A stretch of 64,000 bases of DNA, taken from NCBI GenBank assembly GCA_035687245.1, contig DASRYH010000028.1:45525-109524 (forward strand), given 5' to 3'. Position 1 is the stretch's first letter. Each line of letters begins with the position of its first letter. Both the position numbers and the translations under genes were made by a program. Positions 57,137 to 64,000 of the stretch are shown in pieces. The stretch is from Coriobacteriia bacterium. GTDB taxonomy: Bacteria; Actinomycetota; Coriobacteriia; Anaerosomatales; PHET01. Below the pieces are notes generated by a model. That model saw only the letters and a list, made by a program, of their open reading frames with translations, searched no databases and had not been told where the DNA came from.

Positions 57137-58447
57137 CTACTTGTCGTGGCAGCGCTCGCACACGCCGCGGTTGTCGGCACGGAGCAGAGCACTGGTGCCC
57201 TGGAGGCCGGCGGTTGCGGGATCGTCGTCCTTGTCAGGATCCACGCCAGCGATACCGTCACGCACGGGAACCCAAGTTCCTTCGGCGTTCTGGGTAAGGG
57301 AGGCAGCGGCCCAACCGTTCATGACGGCGGCAGAACCGTGAGCGTAGTGGCAGGTGAGGCAGCCAACCTGATTCTGGCGATTCGAGGCAGCGCCAGGAGT
57401 GACCTCCAGCGGCACGTGCTGGTCGAGGTTGCCATCAGCCTGAGCTGCAACCTGCAGGACGTCATCGCCCTGAACGAGCGTGATGTCGACCGGGTGACGG
57501 TGGCGAGGCTGCGAGCCGACAAGGCCAGCGCCCTCGTTCGTACCGTAGTCGTAGTTGCCGGTCTGGTTGTCGTACTGCTCGTGGCACGCAGCACACCAGG
57601 TCGACAGGGAGCCGACGCCGCCAACATAGGGGTTATCCATGCTGGAACGGATCTGCGAGCTACCCGAGGTGTAGTTCGGGACGTAGGCCTGCATCTGAGC
57701 CTGGCCGTCAGCGTGCTTCAGCCAACCGTTGTCCGAGTACGGGTAGTTGGTCTCAGTCGAGTAGACCATACCGTTCGGGGTGCCGTCGGGGTTGTAGCCA
57801 CCGACTGCGGTGTTGTTGACCGAGTCCTTCAGGAGGCGGTAGTTCGAGCTGCCGTGAGGATCGTGGCAGCTGGTGCAGGTCAGGTACAGCGAGTTGCCGG
57901 TCGTGGTGTTGCCAGCGCCCCACAGGATGCCCGTCTTCTCCATGGAGTGCGTGGAGGTGACGCCTGTGAGTGCCGGAGCCGCGTCGACTTCCCACTCGCC
58001 CAGCGTGCCCTTGTACATCGTCGAGAAACCGCCGCCGTTCAGCGGAGCGCCGAACGTGGAGCTCGTGACGTACGCGGTCGTGACGCCATCGTTGGTCGGG
58101 CCAACCTGGCCAGCGTAGCTGGAGGGGCCGCCATCGAAGATGCCCTCGACAACGTTCGTGGATGCGCCAGGAGCGTTGTCGCCGTGGCAAGCGTCACAGA
58201 ACTCCTGCATGGTGGCGGCGTCGCCGACCAGCAGGGCAGACGGGTTGTCTGCAGGGTCCCAGCCCGGAGGAGTGATCCTCGGGGTGAACGTCACGGACGA
58301 GAACGAGCTGTGAGCGCGGTGACAACCGGCGCAGGAGTCCGTGTCATCGATGTATCCGCCGTGCGGACCGAAGTTCGCGTACGCGGAGCCAACGACGGCG
58401 AGGGACAGCGCCAATACGAGCGTAAGTACTAGAACGAAACGCTTCAA
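57137..58447 (-). CDS. Secreted hexahaem cytochrome c, OmcS-like motif pattern
   Basis: TTG start at 58447 (RBS GGAGGTG, 17 nt after the large-subunit stop) gives signal peptide MKRFVLVLTLVLALSLAVVGSAYA-N. Six CxxCH motifs: CAGCHRAH, CDACH, CTSCHDPHG, WCAACH, CLTCHYAHGS, CERCHDK*. Confidence 0.85.
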   Translation of the reverse strand: MKRFVLVLTLVLALSLAVVGSAYANFGPHGGYIDDTDSCAGCHRAHSSFSSVTFTPRITPPGWDPADNPSALLVGDAATMQEFCDACHGDNAPGASTNVVEGIFDGGPSSYAGQVGPTNDGVTTAYVTSSTFGAPLNGGGFSTMYKGTLGEWEVDAAPALTGVTSTHSMEKTGILWGAGNTTTGNSLYLTCTSCHDPHGSSNYRLLKDSVNNTAVGGYNPDGTPNGMVYSTETNYPYSDNGWLKHADGQAQMQAYVPNYTSGSSQIRSSMDNPYVGGVGSLSTWCAACHEQYDNQTGNYDYGTNEGAGLVGSQPRHRHPVDITLVQGDDVLQVAAQADGNLDQHVPLEVTPGAASNRQNQVGCLTCHYAHGSAAVMNGWAAASLTQNAEGTWVPVRDGIAGVDPDKDDDPATAGLQGTSALLRADNRGVCERCHDK

Positions 58448-58464
58448 ATCTCTCACCTCCGTCG

Positions 58465-60537
58465 TTAGTGGATCGCGCAAGCGATGCAGGGGTCAAAGGA
58501 CTGGGCGATACGAGCGACCTCGACGCCACCGACGGTGGGGATGGACGCGCCACCCTGACCGGTGATGGTCTTGGTGTAAGTCGCACCCGTCGCGAACGGG
58601 GCACCGATGCATGCCTTCTCGATTGCACCATTCTGGCCAAGAACGTCCTTCGGCGAACCGTTCCACGTGGTGGGAACGATGCACTGATAGGCGGTGATCT
58701 TGCCGTTGTTGATGGTGATCTGGTGCATCAGGGAGCCACGCGGAGCCTGGCCTGCGCCCCAACCCTTCTTGATGCCGGTCGGGATCGACTTGTTGGCCCA
58801 GGTGGAACCAACGGTGTCGTTGGCGTTGACGCCAGCACCCGTGTAGGACTTGAGCTGGTTGATCCAGCTGCTGCTACCGAAGGACAGCGTGCCCAGAGGA
58901 GTCACGCTACCGTCGGACTTGCTGATCTTGCCAATCATGCGCTGGACGAGCACGAAGGACTGCAGGGCGCGAGCGCGCAGGCGGTCCATCGTGGACAGGC
59001 CGGCCTGGATGCCGAGGACCCAAGTCTGGATCGCGGCGACAAGACCCATGCCGTCGGCGCCGAACGGATACGCAACCGGGTCGACTCCGAAGAGGAACTT
59101 GCCCGAGTTCACGATGCCGTTGACGATCGTCGGAGCGATGATGTCGAGGTCGAGACCGCCAGCCTTGACGTAGAGGTCATAGCCCGAGACGGTAGCCGAC
59201 GTCGGGATGCTGGTGGCGAGATCGACGCCATCCTGGAAGTAGCCGTTGACGAACATGTCAGCCATGGGACCGACCTCGCAGGGCTTGCCAGCCCAGCGCG
59301 GGGCCTTCATGTAGCTGTAGCCGTCGTCACGAGCCGGCTTGGTGCGAGTGATGTCACCAGGATAGGTGGCCTCGGCACCAGCGAACGGACGAGATGCGGT
59401 CGTCGCATAGACGGCAGCGTCGTCGACGTACGGCACGTAGCGCGAGTTGGAGATGTCCTCAGTGAGGTTCGTCGGGACAGAGAGCGCGCCCGACAGGAAC
59501 TTGCTGATGACTTCGCCCTTATTCGCGACCGTGAAGTTGTACACGCCTGCAGGAGCACCAAGCTCGAGCACGCCGCCCTTGATGGCGAGATCGTCGTTGA
59601 GCTCAGGGAACTGACCCCAGACGAGGAAGCGGCCAAGACCAGCGCCGAAGCCGACGGGATCGCCGGGGGTGTAGAAGAAGCTGCGGGTCTTGTTGTGATC
59701 GTTGTCGAAGCCCGGATACAGGAAGCCGAGGACCAGAGCGATCGGCACGTACTCGTTGACGATGAACTTGCCGACTTCCTGGATGATCTCCTCGTACTTG
59801 TTGCAACGCTGAGTCAGGTTCTCCGTGCCATCGTTGGTGACGCCGCCACCGACGAAGCAGGAGGTCATCGGCATACGACCGGCGAACAGCGCGCCAGCCT
59901 CGAAGGTGAGGCGGCGAATGCGCAGTGCGCGAACGTAGCTGATGATGACCGCGTCCCAGATCTGCATGGTAGCCGTGTTGGCAACCGGCACAACGCCAGC
60001 GGTAGCGCTGACGGTGTCAGCCGAGAACGAGCTGCGCAGAACGGGGTTGTAGAAGGCTTCCGCGAAATACGGAGTCCAAGGCGGCATGTTCGGGCCCTGA
60101 ACGTAGCTCGGGGCAGCCAGGTGATAGAAGTGCGTGATGCTCGACATCAGGAACTCGGCCGAAAGGACGAGGTTACGGATGAGCAGAGCCTTCGGCGGAA
60201 TGCCGTAGGGGCTGCCAACCGCTTCGTTCAGAGTCGAGAACGTGATGTGAGAGCGGCTGTAGCCGAGAACAGAGTCGACCGCGTACGTCGAGGTCAGACC
60301 GTGCGGGACCGGGCAGACACCGCAGATGCGCTGCACGAAAGTGATCGCATCGTTGGCGCCACGGCCAAGCAGGAAGTTCTCGAAACCACGCCACAGGTTA
60401 CCGTGGGCGTTGGCGTCCTTGATGAAACCGTCAGAGCCAACTCGGACCTTGACTCCCAGGTGACCCTCGATACGAGAGACCGGGTCGACCTCGCGGTCCG
60501 TCGAGCCAGCGACGGTGTTGAGATTCCATACACTCAT
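58465..60537 (-). CDS. [NiFe]-hydrogenase large subunit
   Basis: 690-aa ORF with N-terminal motif RICGVCPVPH. The C-terminal DPCIACAIH is followed directly by the stop. Confidence 0.95.
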   Translation of the reverse strand: MSVWNLNTVAGSTDREVDPVSRIEGHLGVKVRVGSDGFIKDANAHGNLWRGFENFLLGRGANDAITFVQRICGVCPVPHGLTSTYAVDSVLGYSRSHITFSTLNEAVGSPYGIPPKALLIRNLVLSAEFLMSSITHFYHLAAPSYVQGPNMPPWTPYFAEAFYNPVLRSSFSADTVSATAGVVPVANTATMQIWDAVIISYVRALRIRRLTFEAGALFAGRMPMTSCFVGGGVTNDGTENLTQRCNKYEEIIQEVGKFIVNEYVPIALVLGFLYPGFDNDHNKTRSFFYTPGDPVGFGAGLGRFLVWGQFPELNDDLAIKGGVLELGAPAGVYNFTVANKGEVISKFLSGALSVPTNLTEDISNSRYVPYVDDAAVYATTASRPFAGAEATYPGDITRTKPARDDGYSYMKAPRWAGKPCEVGPMADMFVNGYFQDGVDLATSIPTSATVSGYDLYVKAGGLDLDIIAPTIVNGIVNSGKFLFGVDPVAYPFGADGMGLVAAIQTWVLGIQAGLSTMDRLRARALQSFVLVQRMIGKISKSDGSVTPLGTLSFGSSSWINQLKSYTGAGVNANDTVGSTWANKSIPTGIKKGWGAGQAPRGSLMHQITINNGKITAYQCIVPTTWNGSPKDVLGQNGAIEKACIGAPFATGATYTKTITGQGGASIPTVGGVEVARIAQSFDPCIACAIH

Positions 60538-60561
60538 GTGGTTTTGCCTCCTCTCTTCTTC

Positions 60562-61857
60562 TTAGCGCTTCACGAAGGGCACGAACGCGTCCGGATAGCC
60601 CTTCTCGGTGCATGCCATGCAGGGGTAGCCAGCGACGGTGCAGTGACCGCCGACGCCGTTCTTGTTCAGACCGGACAGCGTACCCGCGTTCTCCGGCTGC
60701 TGGTTGTTCCAACCATGCTTGCCGCAGAGAGAGCTAGCCGTGATGCCCTTGCAGCCGATCTTCTGCAGGCAGCCCGGATCGCCCGGCTTGAGGGCGTAGA
60801 TGCCCTTGGTGTAGCTCGGGTAGCGCGGACAGAAAGCTCCGTGAACCGTACCCGGGTAGACGCGCTTGACGCGACGACCGGCGTCGAGCTCGATGAGGTC
60901 GGTGCCGGCGAGCTTCAGCATGACCATGACGGTGGTGAGAACGAACCACCACGGGTTGGTCGGGCAGCCCGGGACATTGATGACCTTGGCAGCTGCGGCG
61001 TTGACGTCCGCAACAAAGGCGGCCTTCAGCGGATCAGCGTCAGCGTACTGCGACAGGAAGTCGTAAGCACCCTGGGCGCCGGTCTGCGACAGAGCGGGAT
61101 CGAAGCCCCCGAGGCCCTTCTTTGCGGTCGTGGCGCTGATCTGGGGCTTGCAGCCCGGATAGCCACCGTAGCAAGCGCACTGGCCGATCGGGAGGATCGC
61201 AGCGCACTCAGGCATGGCGGCGAGGTCGGCGACGACCTCCGGCATGTCCTGCTCGTGCGAACCGTCGTCGAAGACGCCGATGGAGCACCACGGCGTCGTG
61301 CCGGTGTTGCCCCACGCGCCACCCTGACGGGCATCCTGCATGGCACCCTCGATGACGAGCACGAACGGATCGTTGCTGCCGGTCGAGTAGGTGTCACGGA
61401 AGTCCTGGAGCCACTTGGCGGCGAGGTCGCCCGCCGGGCCCATGACGGTCTCGTGATACTGAAGGTCGATGACGTCGATGACGACGTCAGCGATGTTGAC
61501 CAGAGCACCGTCGGCACGAAGACCGCCGGTGAGGGTCGGGAAAGCGCCGCCAAGGGCGTTGGTTACGCCGGCAAGCCCGAGGGCGGTACCGGTGTCGATC
61601 CCAGCGACGGTAGCGTTGCTGTCATAGCGGAACGGCTTGCCACTGGCATCCTCGAGGATACCCAGCAGAGACGTGGAGCAGCCCGTGCACTCCGCGCCGT
61701 GAATCCATACGACCTTGGGCTTGCCGAAGGTTCCGCCGTAAGCGTTCGAATTGCCCGCAAACGCATCGGCGATCTTAGTTACCTCGACCTGGCTAAAGCC
61801 AACGGCGGTAGCCAGCGCTCCCAAGCGCGTTACGAACTGACGCCTGGTAATGGCCAT
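60562..61857 (-). CDS. [NiFe]-hydrogenase small subunit with twin-arginine signal
   Basis: 431-aa ORF with MAITRRQFVTRLGALATAVGFS..., WIHGAECTGCS (proximal cluster) and the C-terminal GYPCMACTEKGYPD. There is no C-terminal TM helix. Confidence 0.95.
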   Translation of the reverse strand: MAITRRQFVTRLGALATAVGFSQVEVTKIADAFAGNSNAYGGTFGKPKVVWIHGAECTGCSTSLLGILEDASGKPFRYDSNATVAGIDTGTALGLAGVTNALGGAFPTLTGGLRADGALVNIADVVIDVIDLQYHETVMGPAGDLAAKWLQDFRDTYSTGSNDPFVLVIEGAMQDARQGGAWGNTGTTPWCSIGVFDDGSHEQDMPEVVADLAAMPECAAILPIGQCACYGGYPGCKPQISATTAKKGLGGFDPALSQTGAQGAYDFLSQYADADPLKAAFVADVNAAAAKVINVPGCPTNPWWFVLTTVMVMLKLAGTDLIELDAGRRVKRVYPGTVHGAFCPRYPSYTKGIYALKPGDPGCLQKIGCKGITASSLCGKHGWNNQQPENAGTLSGLNKNGVGGHCTVAGYPCMACTEKGYPDAFVPFVKR

Positions 61858-62196
61858 ACTCTCTCCTCCTTCACGTGCATCGATGAACCTACTTACTAGC
61901 TGGACTTACAAAACTACACTCACGGAACTCCACGCACTTTCAGGCGAAAAAACGGAAAACGCCACCTCCTCTCGGCCCGCGTGAGCGGAGAACCGGAATG
62001 GAGGCGGCGCACAAATTCGAGAATGCTGGCAGGGACCCGGTACGCAGGAAGTGGTACGAAACAGGCTGCGAATTGCTTGAATGGGGGTCATCCGACCAAG
62101 CGGGTCTTCGTGCCGGCTCCAACCCGGAAGGTCTACTGTTTCGGTACCCCTCCTTCATTGGGTACTTCAAGCGCTGTAGAAGCGCACATGACAGTT

Positions 62197-62214
62197 TTGT
62201 AACAGGAGTTACAA
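62197..62214. promoter_or_regulatory. Candidate Rex operator in the hydrogenase leader
   Basis: TTGTAAC-AGGA-GTTACAA is a perfect 7-bp inverted repeat with a 4-nt spacer, 340 nt upstream of the small-subunit start. It shares half-sites with 34628..34645. Confidence 0.45.
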
Positions 62215-62261
62215 ATGGGACTGTAAGCCCTGTGAAGGTGCTCGTCAAGCACAATTGGCGT

Positions 62262-62298
62262 GGTTGGTGCCACCCGATCAACTCGGGTGGCACCAACC
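62262..62298 (-). terminator. 16-bp perfect hairpin after the NHL-repeat gene
   Basis: GGTTGGTGCCACCCGA-TCAAC-TCGGGTGGCACCAACC, 26 nt after the stop at 62324. It has no clear U-tract. Confidence 0.6.
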
Positions 62299-62323
62299 AG
62301 GTGCTGCCAACGTTGCACGGCAC

Positions 62324-63835
62324 TTACTCGCCGTCACCAGCCGTGCTGGATGACCGCTTGGTGAAGCGCTCGATGAACTCGATGCGGTTCACGGTGTCAA
62401 TCTCATTGAGCTTGGCCAGGCGCCTCATCTCAAGGTCCTCGGCGCACAGTACGCGCGCCCGCTGACCGAGCGAGAGAACGATTGCGACCGGCTTCGTGAT
62501 CTCGAGCTTGTCCATGAGGGCGCGGACGTCGGAGTCGGAGTACTCCGAGGCCTCGAGCAGCTCGGACAGCTTGATTCCAGCCTGCTCCACGTCCTTGAAC
62601 TTCTCGTAGTCTTCCTCGCTCACAATCCAACGGCGGCGGCGTGCCGGCATCAGATCGATCTCGCCCGCCTCGAGCATCGTTTCGATGAAGTCGCGGCTTG
62701 CCACAAAGCGCTGGCGGCGGAAGAAGAGCATCAGCGGGAAGAGCAGGAGCGGCGTGAAGCACCAGCCCCAGTTGCGAGGAACACGCGGCACGGGAACGAT
62801 CGAAACCTGCTCGGGCCAGCCCCAGACCTGCACGCGGCCGTTGGCTGAGTCGGTGATGAAGATGCGGTTGCGGGATCCGACGGAAACCGAGTTCGGGTAG
62901 TTGAACTGCCCGTCGAGCAGGCCCTGCTGGCCGAAGCTCACGATCTTCTCGCCCTTGTCGGCCCAGATCGTGGCGTCGTGAGCCAGAGTGTCGACGATGA
63001 CGAAGCGGCCCGGGGTCTTTGCCGTATCGGACGGGAACTTGTTCAGGAACGCGATACCGCGAGGAAGACCCTCTGTGACGATGATGGCGCGGGACTCACC
63101 CTTGAGGTCGAGCACCTGCACGCGACGGTTGTTGCTGTCGGCGACGTAGACGAACTTGCCGTGAACAGCGATGCCGTTCGGGAACTGGAAGACCCCTGGG
63201 GCCTTCTTCGCGTCCTGAACGATTCCGACGTTGCCCACAGAGCGCTTGAACTTGCCGTCGGGGCCGAAGATGAGTACGCGGTGACCCTTGAGTATCTCCG
63301 TGGCGTACAGGGTGCCGTCTGGGGCAAATGACAGAGCCACGGGCGCCCATTGGACTCCCTTGGTATCGAAGTCCGGGAGCTGGCTCTTCGGCAGCTTGGG
63401 GTTGAACTCCCTCAGATACTTGCCGGCACGCGTGAAGATGTGGACGGAACGAGTACGCCGGTCACTCACGTAGAGGTTGCCGTCTTTGGGGTTCTTGGCG
63501 ATGTAGAGCGGCACGACCGTCTGCGATGCGCCGAAGCTGCGCAGGAACTTGCCGTCTTGGTTGTAGACGCTGATGAGCGGGCGGGCGGAGTCGACGACGA
63601 AGACCTCGTTGCCGTCGGCGAGGACGCCTACTGGTCGCTGCATGCGCGTCTTGCCTTGCGTGTTGAATGAGAAGAGGAACTGAGGGGGCTGCACCACGGC
63701 GGAGTTCTCCACGGGCGCTGTATCGAACGTCAGCTTGTGGGTCGACCGGTAGTACAGGTAGTACCAGCCCAGCAGCAACAGCAGCAGGGCCAAGATGATG
63801 ATGATGAAGAGGCGTCTCTTCTGCGACCTGGTCAA
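62324..63835 (-). CDS. NHL-repeat beta-propeller protein flanked by two TM helices, with a cytoplasmic C-terminal domain
   Basis: 503-aa ORF, TTG start after GGAGGA. TM1 is LFIIIILALLLLLLGWYYLYY. Repeated units of the form P.G(I/V)A......(Y/F)V(A/V)DS.N.R(I/V)QV(F/Y). TM2 is WGWCFTPLLLFPLMLFF, followed by a tail of about 140 aa. Confidence 0.8.
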   Translation of the reverse strand: MTRSQKRRLFIIIILALLLLLLGWYYLYYRSTHKLTFDTAPVENSAVVQPPQFLFSFNTQGKTRMQRPVGVLADGNEVFVVDSARPLISVYNQDGKFLRSFGASQTVVPLYIAKNPKDGNLYVSDRRTRSVHIFTRAGKYLREFNPKLPKSQLPDFDTKGVQWAPVALSFAPDGTLYATEILKGHRVLIFGPDGKFKRSVGNVGIVQDAKKAPGVFQFPNGIAVHGKFVYVADSNNRRVQVLDLKGESRAIIVTEGLPRGIAFLNKFPSDTAKTPGRFVIVDTLAHDATIWADKGEKIVSFGQQGLLDGQFNYPNSVSVGSRNRIFITDSANGRVQVWGWPEQVSIVPVPRVPRNWGWCFTPLLLFPLMLFFRRQRFVASRDFIETMLEAGEIDLMPARRRRWIVSEEDYEKFKDVEQAGIKLSELLEASEYSDSDVRALMDKLEITKPVAIVLSLGQRARVLCAEDLEMRRLAKLNEIDTVNRIEFIERFTKRSSSTAGDGE

Positions 63836-63880
63836 GGGAATCCTCCGGACTTAGCCGTCGTGTCTGACGGAAGTTGACTA

Positions 63881-64000
63881 CTTCGTTTTCGCCGTGAGCT
63901 GCTCGACCTTGGCCTTCAGATCGGCATCCTGGGGTTTGGCTTTCAGCCGCGCCTTATAGCCAGTGAGTGCGTCTGCGGGATGCTCGGTCTCGAGCTTCGT
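63881..64000 (-). CDS. 3' end of an unidentified gene (partial)
   Basis: The open minus-strand frame ends ...TKLETEHPADALTGYKARLKAKPQDADLKAKVEQLTAKTK* at 63881. Only 39 codons are visible. Confidence 0.35.

Noticed and set aside
58465-58500. Possibility that the hydrogenase is a [NiFeSe] enzyme, prompted by the nearby candidate selenoprotein.
   Set aside because: The C-terminal motif reads DPCIACAIH with an ordinary TGC Cys codon, and the large subunit has no in-frame TGA.

Overview
GC-rich chromosomal segment, almost entirely coded on the minus strand. It looks like a monoderm anaerobe, probably Actinomycetota (Coriobacteriia-like); that is inferred from gene content only. Positions 1-34.6 kb are core and strikingly Bacillus-like in order: fusA-rpsG-rpsL, rpoC-rpoB, rplL-rplJ, rplA-rplK, nusG-secE-tRNA-Trp-rpmG-tuf-tRNA(Met,Thr,Tyr). 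A divergent cAMP module follows, then tRNA-Thr and sigH-yacP-rlmB-cysS-cysE-ispF-ispD-yacL-disA-radA-clpC, lysS-greA, tatA and rex. Positions 34.7-40.3 kb hold assorted housekeeping genes (M50 protease, MTA phosphorylase, YhaM-like, DUF62). After tRNA-Pro at about 40.4 kb the content becomes accessory, and three things stand out. (1) A membrane-anchored cytochrome c carries 24 haem-binding motifs: a NapC/NirT-like head followed by three tandem hexahaem modules. (2) A Tat-exported [NiFe]-hydrogenase operon has, as its third gene, a secreted hexahaem cytochrome whose motif pattern I recognise as OmcS-like (the Geobacter nanowire cytochrome). It has no cytochrome b, it sits next to an NHL-propeller membrane protein, and a Rex-like operator found upstream is also found in front of rex. 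(3) A gene absent from the ORF track has an in-frame TGA followed immediately by a hairpin. It reads as an ArsD-like thioredoxin-fold selenoprotein, lies between a small ferredoxin and a DUF362 Fe-S protein, and is preceded by a perfect CsoR/RcnR-style palindrome. Together these suggest a hydrogen- and quinol-fed extracellular electron-transfer apparatus in a Gram-positive-type cell. No CRISPR, rRNA, transposase or integrase was seen. All functional calls rest on my reading of the translated ORFs and recalled family motifs; no database search was run.
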